Shown: positions 21,736-34,382 of the stretch, one piece after another | How the letters are laid out: every line of letters starts with the position of its first letter | How positions within the stretch are numbered: position 1 is the first letter of the stretch | Source: Nemertoderma westbladi | Taxonomy: Eukaryota > Animalia > Xenacoelomorpha | Assembly: GCA_032718475.1 (NCBI GenBank) | Contig: JAUCBJ010001101.1 | Coordinates: 1-41,737, forward strand | DNA: 41,737 nt | Direction: 5' to 3' | Notes under the pieces: generated by a model | Told to the model about the DNA's origin: nothing | What the model saw: the letters and a program-made list of their open reading frames with translations, nothing else | Databases searched by the model: none | Made by a program: the position numbers and the translations under genes

Positions 21736-24004
21736 AATTGTCAGAGATCCATTTCATCGTGCTTAGCACGGTTTAATTAATTAAATTTTAAGTAAAATAA
21801 AAATCAATTTGCCAACAATGGGAGTTATTTTTAAACAATCTGACAAATCTTTTAAAATAACTTATAATTTAAGCTCGGAATCGCTCGGACAACTCGGACA
21901 GTTGGAATGTTATTTACCTTCGCCGATGCGGCAATCGCCACAAAATCAAACTTAGAATTATTATGCCAATTTAAAAGTGTAGAATACATTTTAACGCTTA
22001 AAAAGGAGAACATTCCAAATTTAAAAAGTGAGAAAGCACCCCGTTTTTGTAGTGAAGACAGCTTGATGGGTATGAAACACATTTCCGAAATCAATTTTCG
22101 CCTAGTTTTTACTAATATTAATAACCTCCCTTGACTAAGAAACAAACTGGAATGGGCCCACCAGGTGTTAGTATGCGTATATTAATCCCACCCGTTTTAA
22201 TCTACTTCATCATTGTCATCATTTTGAAATGCATACTGCTCCATAGAGCGAATAAGTAGGAAAAAGTGTAAGATACATTTTAGGTGGACTATATTGAATT
22301 GTAATATTTTTTTTTTAATTAGTATTGTTACCGGTATGCTTCATTTTCAGAAGTTGTAACCTGTTTTTTGGAATCAGCATGGTCTATTAAACGTGAAGAA
22401 ATTCGATCAGAATTTTTATTTCGTACTTTTCAGAAAAATACCACTATTTTTCAAAATAATTTTCGAAAAATGCACTGTTTTTTTCGTAAAAAATGTTATA
22501 ACAGATGAACAATTATTGCAAAACTAAAAAACTGCTCGAATGTTATTATTGTGCACAATACTAGCTTTCATTTGATACCAAAAACTTACAAATTGGTTGA
22601 AAAATGGCTGAGGAGTAGTGATTTGAAAATGAAAAATGCCATTCCGAGGTAATTGCCTTTAAAGTTTGAACCTTCCTGTGCAAATACTGTCTGTTAATAT
22701 GTGAGAATGTCTGTCAATATATATCTAGCAACAAGAAAGCACAAAACCATGTTAAAATTTATGCTACAGTACTGGTCGCTGAATTCATTTCTGAGGTCAG
22801 TTATCACTTGTAATGAAATCTAGTTAGTCTGTCTGTCTGTCTGTCTTTCTGACTATCCGACAATCTGTCCGTCAAATATAAGAAAATGGAACACTATCTA
22901 GCTAAAAGTTTAGCTATAGGGGTTTTCCTGGTCTCAGATTTCATTTCGTGTGTCATTTTCAACATTGGGATGGCCTCCAAATTGTCTGTTTGGCTGACGG
23001 TTATATTTTTGACGGACAGAAACGACGAGGCCAAATTTTAATACTGACATCATTGTCAATCATTTTTTCTCCCAGACCCTTTTTGGCTATGATACATGAT
23101 ACAGAACAAAAAAGTTGTATCATATGATACAACTTTTTTTATTGTTCCAGCTACAACTGCAAAACCTTATTCCCCAGTATAAGCCACATCCTTAGCATGG
23201 TTGTGTGGGTTTGAATGTCAGGGTATTATAAATTTAGAGTTTAAACTGTTTTAAATGTTTGCTTAAAATGAAAGAAGATCTAATCTAATTTATTGAATGG
23301 CATAATCTTTTTTATGAGAGAATGGAGAATCTAATTTATTTACACGTAAGAAGGTTAAAACTACGGAGGCCCTAGAGCTAGAAGGGACATTTGAAAAGTA
23401 CAAAAAATCCAAGAAGGGGGATGCAGCAACAAATAATCAAGGGGGAATGAGAGGGAGAGTGTGAAAAAGAAAATTGAAATATAAAGTAAAAATAACAATT
23501 CAACACATTACTAATTTATTTAAAGATAATGTTGTTTCTGCAGTAGAAACCAGAATCACATTAGTCACTGACACTGTACATGATTCATGATACTAGAGTA
23601 TAAGACAGGACAAGATAATATACAAGTATCCTGGAATATTTACAAAAAAAAACTTTTAAGTTAGGCAATGCTGGCGCCTGGTTGTTGGCAGCACATAAAA
23701 CAGGCACCAACATAATTAATGGTGTTTACCCAAACTGCAACAAATACATAACGCGTTCCCTAAGTCCAGATGAGTCTTTGCGTAGAGGTACAATTAATGG
23801 ACCAAGACACTCGCCCCCTTACGGTCGACAGGTGAAGTACAGAAGTCTGTCTGCGTGTACAATTTTTTAACTTTTTATGTATACTGTAGGCCTACCAAGT
23901 TAGTTCCATTTCCCTAAATATTGATCGACTTATTAGCGTTCAAAGATATCCATCGACGACGACAGGCGTGTCAACTAATTGTACCCCTACGCTAAGGCTG
24001 ACCT

Positions 24005-25423
24005 GGCTTCCTGGAAAAGATGCAACAGCTCTATAACCAATCGTCACCATTGGCGCAACAGCTCTATAACCAATCGTCACCATTGGCGCAACAACCTAGG
24101 ATTGGTTTATTCATTCCACTCTAATTCCATTTGCTCGTACATTCTTTTGCGTTCTATAAGATTATATTTCTGTAACGCTGATGGCGCGACGAACACAGAA
24201 CAAAAGCAAAAAAATACCGGATGTAGTCTGACAGCACCAAAGGCAGCCCAGAAGACAGGTCGTTCAGCCGATTGCTTTGCTACCCACTGCTAGCCCTAAA
24301 ACTTATGATATGAGCCGACTTTTTTTAATAGTTCTTCTGCTACTGAACTTTGTTGTAACGGAATACAGAGATTAGGCCTACTAATGGATATTCTTTCACT
24401 ATCACTATCTGCACTATAGATAGAGCCTTATTGGACTATTAGGTGTACCGGCTGACCGGTAATCGACGATGTAGAATCTGTTTCTGGCATTAATTTGTAT
24501 ACAATCAGACAGTATTGATAGATACTGGAGATACTGTATGTGCCTATTACAATAAACGAAAGTCAATATAAAAACCGGTTAGACTTTTGCGAGTAATCAT
24601 TCTTTTTTTTTTTTTGCGTCGACTTTCCCTGGAAGCCTTTTGATTCCGTCTTGCGTCGAAAGACCACCCCCCCCCTCCTTTTTTTGCTGTACCGGTACTT
24701 TACAATGTAAAGTAAACTTATCTGTGTTGAAACAGTAGACACAAACGTGGTGGAACCATCGTACAGTGATCCGTGATCGGATTGCTGCAATAATTTCCTC
24801 GGGAATCCCATATGCTGCAAGTATATGCCGAATAATACGTGGTCGTGGTCGGGAGACTGAAAAAAATCGAAGGCCTTGAAGAAGTCAACAAAGATAATAC
24901 CAAGACGTTATGTCTTTTTTGTTTATAACTCTTCGATTTATCCTTCTAAGCGCCAGAATAGCTAGGCATGCATATACTGTAGTAGCAGTATAGGCTAGCC
25001 TACAGTATATGCATTAGCGCTGCCTGGCATTATTAGCACGGTAGGCCCTATAGATCGTAACAGCTCTTTTGTATTGTTATTGGCAGGTTTTAGCTCGGTT
25101 TACCACTGTGTACGTACCACTGGATTGTTATACCTCGCACCTCGGTATAGTTTGGTATCTCTTTTAGAAAGTACCTTGCTTTATTACATACAGTAGTTTA
25201 GACAGCAGGATTAATATTCTGTTATAATACCTTGCACTGTCAGACTGTAGTTTTGGCTATTCATTGCTTAGTTGCGCCATCGGCGCTACAGAAATATAAT
25301 GTTATAGAATGTACAAGCCAATGTAATTAGAGTGGAATGAATAAACCAATCCTAGGTTGTTGCGCTGTTGCGCCAATGCTAACGATTGGTTATAGAGAGC
25401 TGTTGCGTGTTTTCCAGGAAGCC
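24005..25423. mobile_element. Non-autonomous TIR element (~120-bp TIRs) just upstream of BROX
   Basis: ggcttcctggaaaa..gcaacagctctataaccaatcgt...aacctaggattggtttattcattccactctaatt at ~24005-24126 is inverted at ~25326-25423. No ORF, and the TSD is unclear. Confidence 0.8.
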
Positions 25424-25720
25424 CAGGGAATGTAGAGTAGAGATACCGAAAATACTCGCCTATGATTGGCTCAGGCTAACCCTCTTACAGGAAACGGGCC
25501 AAAATGAAGTAGTTGTATATTTCTGCTGAGCCATCTAACATACGTTTGCAGTTTTCATATACCGGAGATACCAGGTTCCGGATACTGCTGTACTGTTCAC
25601 AGTTCACAGCTACCGATACTGTCAGGTCAGGGTGTAGGTAGTGGCAGTGGGTAGACCTGTAGACCAAGGCTTAGTACTTCAGTACAGCAGTAGTTGGCTT
25701 CAATACAGCAACATAAGAAC

Positions 25721-27007
25721 ATGGCTCATTGGTACCACCGAAACCCAATCAAAGCGACCTGCCAAGAAAACTTCGCCCTTCCCACGATCGCCTCTATCGG
25801 GGGAAACGCCCGTAAACTGATTTCCGATATCCGAGCTGCCCGTGCCAAACTTCTTGTACTATTTGGTGACGCTAACAACACTGTACCTGTGCTGGAATCC
25901 GCGCTTAACGACTACCTCTCGCTACTCCGTGGACTCATAGAAGCGTCTGACGATAAGGGAGGAGAAAGTAAACTGCGATACTCGCTCCGCTTCAAGTGGA
26001 CAAACTCGTTACTAGGTAACGGGGTAAACACGCAACAGGACGCCGTGTACGAGCTGTGCGGCGTCCTCATAAACGCGGCGTTATGGTACACGAAACGAGC
26101 GGCGTTGCTAGCGGCGGCCGACGTTGTGTCTCCGGATCAGGCCAAGGAGGTTCACACGTGTTTGCGAACCGCAGCCGGCGTGTTCGGCTATGTACGTGAC
26201 GCACAAGCATCGTCGCTCGCGGACAGCGGCCCTGCCTGCGGCGACTGCGACACCAACATGTTATCGGCGTACGCGATGCAGTGCACCGCGGAAGCCCAAG
26301 AGATAACGATGGCGCGCGCCGTAGAACTCAAACACAACTCCTCGTTAATTTCGGCGTTGGCGTTGGAAACTTCGCGGATATTCAAACAATCCTCAGACTA
26401 TCTACTGACTCTAACCAAGGATTCAGAAGATAAACAAAGTAAAGTCGCTAAATGGCGTCGTTATCTAGACTTTAAGGAGTCTGTTTATCTATCGTACGCG
26501 CATTGCTACCACGGACAGGTGTTACTGGACCAGGACCGATGCGGCGACGGTATCCGCTCATTGCGAGAAGCCAAATCGTTGGAGGAGCGAGCCGTGAAAC
26601 TAGGCGAGGATTACGCTAGAACCAAAGGAGCAGGGGCCACCGCGAAGCCATGGAAACATCCATTCTTCCTTAAACTCGGGCCCAAAGTCGAGGCCATCAA
26701 GACCAAGGTGGAGCACGAGAATGGCTTTATTTACTTCCAGAAGGTCCCAGAGGAACTCCCCGAGATGGAGGTGAAGGCAACCCACGGCCTGGTGGAACCC
26801 CTTCCGTTCTCTCTACCCAATATAAGTCCATTGTGGAACCCTCAATCCTACCTCGCCTTCGAGATACAGATGCAGCCGTCCGAAACAGATCGCGCCAAGG
26901 AACGGGAGGCCAACGCTAAAAGTAAGGAGGAACTCCCTCCAGTAGCGGAACGCGAGATCCCCGGAACACAGAACGCTAAATCCGAATCTGGGTGTGTCAT
27001 CCAGTGA
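25721..27007 (+). CDS. BROX: BRO1 domain-containing protein BROX (428 aa), ESCRT-III adaptor, single coding exon
   Basis: Starts MAHWYHRNPIKAT, the typical BROX N-terminus. Other motifs are SKLRYSLRFKWTNSLL, QCTAEAQEITMARAVELKH and EHENGFIYFQKVP. It ends in a CaaX box, CVIQ. The start is taken as the ATG at 25721 rather than the TTG at 25694. Confidence 0.95.
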   Translation: MAHWYHRNPIKATCQENFALPTIASIGGNARKLISDIRAARAKLLVLFGDANNTVPVLESALNDYLSLLRGLIEASDDKGGESKLRYSLRFKWTNSLLGNGVNTQQDAVYELCGVLINAALWYTKRAALLAAADVVSPDQAKEVHTCLRTAAGVFGYVRDAQASSLADSGPACGDCDTNMLSAYAMQCTAEAQEITMARAVELKHNSSLISALALETSRIFKQSSDYLLTLTKDSEDKQSKVAKWRRYLDFKESVYLSYAHCYHGQVLLDQDRCGDGIRSLREAKSLEERAVKLGEDYARTKGAGATAKPWKHPFFLKLGPKVEAIKTKVEHENGFIYFQKVPEELPEMEVKATHGLVEPLPFSLPNISPLWNPQSYLAFEIQMQPSETDRAKEREANAKSKEELPPVAEREIPGTQNAKSESGCVIQ

Positions 27008-27980
27008 GCTGGTAACTTTATAGACTGGGGCATTATCTACCCTAATAATGTATTCGCATTAATTTATTTATATCCCTATTGTGCTCCTTTATTTTTAATG
27101 TATAATAATGAGGGTTTATCGGAACAGCGATTAATATTCTATACGCGAAATATTGAAACTTTTGTAGTTTCCGTTTTAATATTTAATTAATTACACAATT
27201 ATTATTATTCTTCACCCAATTAACTCCCTTCTGGATTCACTGTGTTTCGTAAATTAATAGAAAATTCCCGAATTTTCTGAGGAGATTGGGGTTTTAGGTT
27301 GGGTTTCTAACTACAACATTGTATCGGTTACCCTGTATTGTCCGGCACCGGCCCACATAGTCGGAGTATGTGAGGAGTTCTATGCGAGGTGACTTTCTCA
27401 CAGTTCATTGGAAATACATTCTTATTATGTAAAACGTGAGTTTCTACCGCGTTAGCCGTGTAAACAAAATATATGTGTCAAACAATGGTAGACTAAGTAG
27501 AATATCTCCGAATTACTACATATAATAACGATTAGGTTGGGTATGTATAATTACGATACAACTCGATGTTGCGTTGGTTGATTGTTAAAAACTTATACAT
27601 ACAAACTGCATGTTATATAATACTTTATTTAATATTTAAATACGCGTATTATTAACCGTAATACTAATTAAAGCTAATTAATAACTTTACCCACATGTAT
27701 CACTAATGATTTTAAAACTGCACATCTAATATAAACAAATAGTGAACTCAATAAAGCCAATAATGGTGTTACGTAATTTATTCTAAAATTGAATTAATTT
27801 AATTGATTTTATTTGTGGAGATAAAAAATATTTGATTAAGATTTTTCATAAAATTTGGTATCATCGTTCAAAATAAATTTAGAAAATTATTCACGCGTTT
27901 AGAAGTTATAAACTTGTTGTTCCCCAACAACGTCATAAACAAAAGGGGTTTATTGAAATATCAGTTAACCACTAGAAATA

Positions 27981-29183
27981 GGGGTGTTTGAAAAAGGTGG
28001 ACTGGACACAGAAAACATGGACAACGGACAGACCAATCACGGGCGATTTGCGTCACACAGCTTGTCCACCTTTTTCAGCTTTGTTGTCCACCTTTTTCAA
28101 ATTTGAATAAGGTGGACTGGGTTGAGAAAGAACAGGCAATGAATTGACCAATCAGATTGATTTGCGCATTAGAGCAGCTCTGTCCACGTTTTTCAAAAAA
28201 TTTCAGAAGGTTTTTATGTATTCTGGGATTATTATTGTTATTATTATCCCATACTTACTGTGACAAACCGAAGTTGTCGAAATAGGCCTAGTTCAATAAT
28301 ATGGGGCGAGCCACGAAGTCTGAGAGCTGAGCCTTACAGCCTTAGCATCAATATTGGAACGTCAATATTCTAACTCATTCATTACAGTATAAAGTTAATT
28401 ATAATAACTACCTATTGTATTGTGAGGGAAATATAATATGCTTTATTTACCGTTCATCCCGAGATCTGTTATTAAACGACCGAGCGCACCGAGGGAGGTA
28501 AATAAGTCCCCATATTTTGGGAGTTGAGGTCCGAAACCCTAATTCAAAGTGGAAATGGAGGCCCAAAGCCTTAATTATAAAACAGTCATGTGACCCCAAC
28601 CTTAAATATTTTGGCTCCTAAATTCCACAAAATTTCTTAGATTAGAGCATCAGGACTTTAGGGCTACTAATGACAGTTTTAATTAGGGTTTGGACCTGAC
28701 CAACTAACCCAACCACAAAAATAAACCAATAAATCCAAGTTAAAGTGCTGTACGGTACGCTAGACCTACTATTAATATACTGTAAGTCTATAGGAGAGCA
28801 ATCCGCAGGGGGGGGGGGGGTGCTATGGGGGTAGATACGCCTAGGACACCGGCAGCATTCTTAATGCAACTGCTTCCAGCATGCCCATTATAGATAGATA
28901 ATTGAAACCTGAAAAGGTGGACAGTCCAATCACTAATAAATACAGTAGTAGCATTGCTTTAATACGTTTCTGATTGGTCAGACTATAATGTGTGTTTTTT
29001 GTGCATGTGTCCAGTCCACCTTTTTCAAACACACATCTTATTCCCAATTATGTAACTAAGAAAGCGGAAACTTGAAAAAGGTGGACAGACCAATTGCTAC
29101 AAACTGCTTTGCTTAATACGTTTCTGATTGGTCTGTCCGTTGTCCATGTTTTCTGTGTCCAGTCCACCTTTTTCAAACACCCC
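27981..29183. mobile_element. Young non-autonomous DNA transposon (MITE-like) with perfect ~59-bp TIRs and a TSD
   Basis: GGGGTGTTTGAAAAAGGTGGACTGGACACAGAAAACATGGACAACGGACAGACCAATCA is inverted at the other end. Flanks are tagaaata (8 bp), or ctagaaatag (10 bp) if the termini are GGG/CCC. Subterminal aaaaggtggac repeats are present. Superfamily is uncertain (MULE or Merlin-like). Confidence 0.9.
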
Positions 29184-29340
29184 TAGAAATAGCTATATAA
29201 AGAGAGAATATGCTAAATTAAGTTCTTAGCAGTTCTATAATAATCATATAGTAGTAACACTATGATAAATAAAATGAAATTGAATTGCAATGTTGTTGTG
29301 TGACAACATCATAAAATAGCATAATTACTCATCTTTGCGG

Positions 29341-32300
29341 ATTCATAGGAAATCATTTACAGTGTACATCTGCAATCAATAAGGAAATCATTTACAGTGT
29401 ACATCTGTAATCATAAGGAAATCATTTACAGTGTACATCTGTAATCATAAGGAAATCATTTACAGTGTACATATGTAATCATAAGGAAATCATTTACAGT
29501 GTACATCTGTAATCATAAGGAAATCATTTACAGTGTACATCTGTAATCAATAAGGAAATCATTTACAGTGTACATCTGCAATCAATAAGGAAATCATTTA
29601 CAGTGTACATCTGTAATCATAAGGAAATCATTTACAGTGTACATCTGCAATCAATAAGGAAATCATTTACAGTGTACATCTGTAATCATAAGGAAATCAT
29701 TTACAGTGTACATCTGTAATCAATAAGGAAATCATTTACAGTGTACATCTGTAATCAATAAGGAAATCATTTACAGTGTACATCTGTAATCATAAGGAAA
29801 TCATTTACAGTGTACATCTGTAATCATAAGGAAATCATTTACAGTGTACATCTGTAATCAATAAGGAAATCATTTACAGTGTACATCTGCAATCAATAAG
29901 GAAATCATTTACAGTGTACATCTGCAATCAATAAGGAAATCATTTACAGTGTACATCTGTAATCAATAAGGAAATCATTTACAGTGTACATCTGTAATCA
30001 ATAAGGAAATCATTTACAGTGTACATCTGTAATCATAAGGAAATCATTTACAGTGTACATCTGTAATCAATAAGGAAATCATTTACAGTGTACATCTGTA
30101 ATCAATAAGGAAATCATTTACAGTGTACATCAGTAATCAATAAGGAAATCATTTACAGTGTACATCTGTAATCAATAAGGAAATCATTTACAGTGTACAT
30201 CTGTAATCAATAAGGAAATCATTTACAGTGTACATCTGTAATCAATAAGGAAATCATTTACAGTGTACATCAGTAATCAATAAGGAAATCATTTACAGTG
30301 TACATCTGTAATCAATAAGGAAATCATTTACAGTGTACATCAGTAATCAATAAGGAAATCATTTACAGTGTACATCTGTAATCAATAAGGAAATCATTTA
30401 CAGTGTACATCTGTAATCAATAAGGAAATCATTTACAGTGTACATCTGTAATCAATAAGGAAATCATTTACAGTGTACATCTGTAATCAATAAGGAAATC
30501 ATTTACAGTGTACATCAGTAATCAATAAGGAAATCATTTACAGTGTACATCTGTAATCAATAAGGAAATCATTTACAGTGTACATCAGTAATCAATAAGG
30601 AAATCATTTACAGTGTACATCAGTAATCAATAAGGAAATCATTTACAGTGTACATCAGTAATCAATAAGGAAATCATTTACAGTGTACATCTGTAATCAA
30701 TAAGGAAATCATTTACAGTGTACATCAGTAATCAATAAGGAAATCATTTACAGTGTACATATGTAATCATAAGGAAATCATTTACAGTGTACATCTGTAA
30801 TCAATAAGGAAATCATTTACAGTGTACATTTGTAATCAATAAGGAAATCATTTACAGTGTACATCTGTAATCATAAGGAAATCATTTACAGTGTACATCA
30901 GTAATCAATAAGGAAATCATTTACAGTGTACATCAGTAATCAATAAGGAAATCATTTACAGTGTACATCTGTAATCAATAAGGAAATCATTTACAGTGTA
31001 CATCTGTAATCAATAAGGAAATCATTTACAGTGTACATCAGTAATCAATAAGGAAATCATTTACAGTGTACATCTGTAATCAATAAGGAAATCATTTACA
31101 GTGTACATCTGTAATCATAAGGAAATCATTTACAGTGTACATCAGTAATCAATAAGGAAATCATTTACAGTGTACATCTGTAATCATAAGGAAATCATTT
31201 ACAGTGTACATCTGTAATCATAAGGAAATCATTTACAGTGTACATCTGTAATCATAAGGAAATCATTTACAGTGTACATCAGTAATCAATAAGGAAATCA
31301 TTTACAGTGTACATCAGTAATCAATAAGGAAATCATTTACAGTGTACATCTGTAATCAATAAGGAAATCATTTACAGTGTACATCTGTAATCATAAGGAA
31401 ATCATTTACAGTGTACATCAGTAATCAATAAGGAAATCATTTACAGTGTACATCTGTAATCATAAGGAAATCATTTACAGTGTACATCTGTAATCAATAA
31501 GGAAATCATTTACAGTGTACATCTGTAATCAATAAGGAAATCATTTACAGTGTACATCAGTAATCAATAAGGAAATCATTTACAGTGTACATCTGTAATC
31601 ATAAGGAAATCATTTACAGTGTACATCAGTAATCAATAAGGAAATCATTTACAGTGTACATCTGTAATCATAAGGAAATCATTTACAGTGTACATCAGTA
31701 ATCAATAAGGAAATCATTTACAGTGTACATCTGTAATCAATAAGGAAATCATTTACAGTGTACATCTGTAATCATAAGGAAATCATTTACAGTGTACATC
31801 TGTAATCAATAAGGAAATCATTTACAGTGTACATCTGTAATCAATAAGGAAATCATTTACAGTGTACATCTGTAATCAATAAGGAAATCATTTACAGTGT
31901 ACATCTGCAATCAATAAGGAAATCATTTACAGTGTACATCTGTAATCAATAAGGAAATCATTTACAGTGTACATCTGCAATCAATAAGGAAATCATTTAC
32001 AGTGTACATCTGTAATCAATAAGGAAATCATTTACAGTGTACATCTGTAATCAATAAGGAAATCATTTACAGTGTACATCTGTAATCAATAAGGAAATCA
32101 TTTACAGTGTACATCTGCAATCAATAAGGAAATCATTTACAGTGTACATCTGTAATCAATAAGGAAATCATTTACAGTGTACATCTGCAATCAATAAGGA
32201 AATCATTTACAGTGTACATCAGTAATCATAAGGAAATCATTTACAGTGTACATCTGTAATCATAAGGAAATCATTTACAGTGTACATCTGTAATCATAAG

Positions 32301-33818
32301 GAAATCATTTACAGTGTACATCTGTAATCATAAGGAAATCATTTACAGTGTACATCAGTAATCAATAAGGAAATCATTTACAGTGTACATCAGTAATCAA
32401 TAAGGAAATCATTTACAGTGTACATCTGTAATCAATAAGGAAATCATTTACAGTGTACATCTGTAATCATAAGGAAATCATTTACAGTGTACATCAGTAA
32501 TCAATAAGGAAATCATTTACAGTGTACATCTGTAATCATAAGGAAATCATTTACAGTGTACATCTGTAATCAATAAGGAAATCATTTACAGTGTACATCT
32601 GTAATCAATAAGGAAATCATTTACAGTGTACATCAGTAATCAATAAGGAAATCATTTACAGTGTACATCTGTAATCATAAGGAAATCATTTACAGTGTAC
32701 ATCAGTAATCAATAAGGAAATCATTTACAGTGTACATCTGTAATCATAAGGAAATCATTTACAGTGTACATCAGTAATCAATAAGGAAATCATTTACAGT
32801 GTACATCTGTAATCAATAAGGAAATCATTTACAGTGTACATCAGTAATCATAAGGAAATCATTTACAGTGTACATCTGTAATCAATAAGGAAATCATTTA
32901 CAGTGTACATCTGCAATCAATAAGGAAATCATTTACAGTGTACATCTGTAATCAATAAGGAAATCATTTACAGTGTACATCTGCAATCAATAAGGAAATC
33001 ATTTACAGTGTACATCAGTAATCATAAGGAAATCATTTACAGTGTACATCAGTAATCAATAAGGAAATCATTTACAGTGTACATCTGTAATCATAAGGAA
33101 ATCATTTACAGTGTACATCAGTAATCAATAAGGAAATCATTTACAGTGTACATCAGTAATCAATAAGGAAATCATTTACAGTGTACATCAGTAATCAATA
33201 AGGAAATCATTTACAGTGTACATCTGTAATCATAAGGAAATCATTTACAGTGTACATCAGTAATCAATAAGGAAATCATTTACAGTGTACATCTGTAATC
33301 AATAAGGAAATCATTTACAGTGTACATCTGCAATCAATAAGGAAATCATTTACAGTGTACATCTGTAATCATAAGGAAATCATTTACAGTGTACATCTGT
33401 AATCAATAAGGAAATCATTTACAGTGTACATCTGTAATCAATAAGGAAATCATTTACAGTGTACATCTGTAATCAATAAGGAAATCATTTACAGTGTACA
33501 TCTGTAATCAATAAGGAAATCATTTACAGTGTACATCTGTAATCATAAGGAAATCATTTACAGTGTACATCTGTAATCAATAAGGAAATCATTTACAGTG
33601 TACATCTGTAATCATAAGGAAATCATTTACAGTGTACATCTGTAATCAATAAGGAAATCATTTACAGTGTACATCTGTAATCATAAGGAAATCATTTACA
33701 GTGTACATCAGTAATCAATAAGGAAATCATTTACAGTGTACATCAGTAATCAATAAGGAAATCATTTACAGTGTACATTTGTAATCAATAAGGAAATCAT
33801 TTACAGTGTACATCTGTA
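29341..33818. repeat. Homogeneous 34/35-bp satellite (~130 copies): taaggaaatcatttacagtgtacatctgtaatca(a)
   Basis: Direct periodicity; variation is confined to a few positions. Confidence 0.98.
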
Positions 33819-34382
33819 TAAAATAAATAACACGTTCCAGAATATTGTGTATTTATTAAATAGAATAAATGGCCTGCAGCGATTAATAATTCTTGCAATC
33901 TTTGAACGCCTATCTCAGCTGTTTCTCAATGAAGTTCAGATACTGTTACACATTTGGAATCCTTGCAACGCAAGCTTTCTATTGATATGACAAAATTACG
34001 ACTAATGCGAAGAATGGCCACGATACGGGGGGTGCGATTTCGCAAAAGACACTTTTTTAAAACGCCTATAAAAAAGTTCGTGAAATCGAAAATTCCGGCT
34101 TCATGGGGTCATCGAAGGTGAGTGGAACTAGTTGTGTTTCAAATTCCAAGCAATATGATAAAGATTTATAAAAAAACTGGGGGGGGGGGGTTCCGGGTCA
34201 TCAGAAAATGACACTATATTACGGTTCATGGAGTAGGCCTACTTAGTGTAGAGCCTACAGTATTTTTGTCAATGATTTGAGGTTCATAAACTATTCAAAT
34301 TAGCATGACAGCTAGTTATTTTTCATTAGCTTGTTTAAAAATATACAAAATGCAAGTTTTTGCTACATTTTTATGAAACTTG

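Larger units (their letters stand above)
19276..21776 (+). mobile_element. Putative Helentron-associated (HINE/DINE-1-like) non-autonomous element carrying a satellite
   Basis: T-run plus AGTGCGATGAA (19282-19292) is an imperfect inverted match to TTCATCGTGCT near 21753. The latter overlaps a terminal hairpin cgtgc-tta-gcacg (21758-21770). A central tandem array and a cagacagac tract are present. Confidence 0.45.

Noticed and set aside
25694-25720. N-terminal extension of BROX from a TTG start
   Set aside because: The conserved BROX N-terminus begins at the ATG at 25721.
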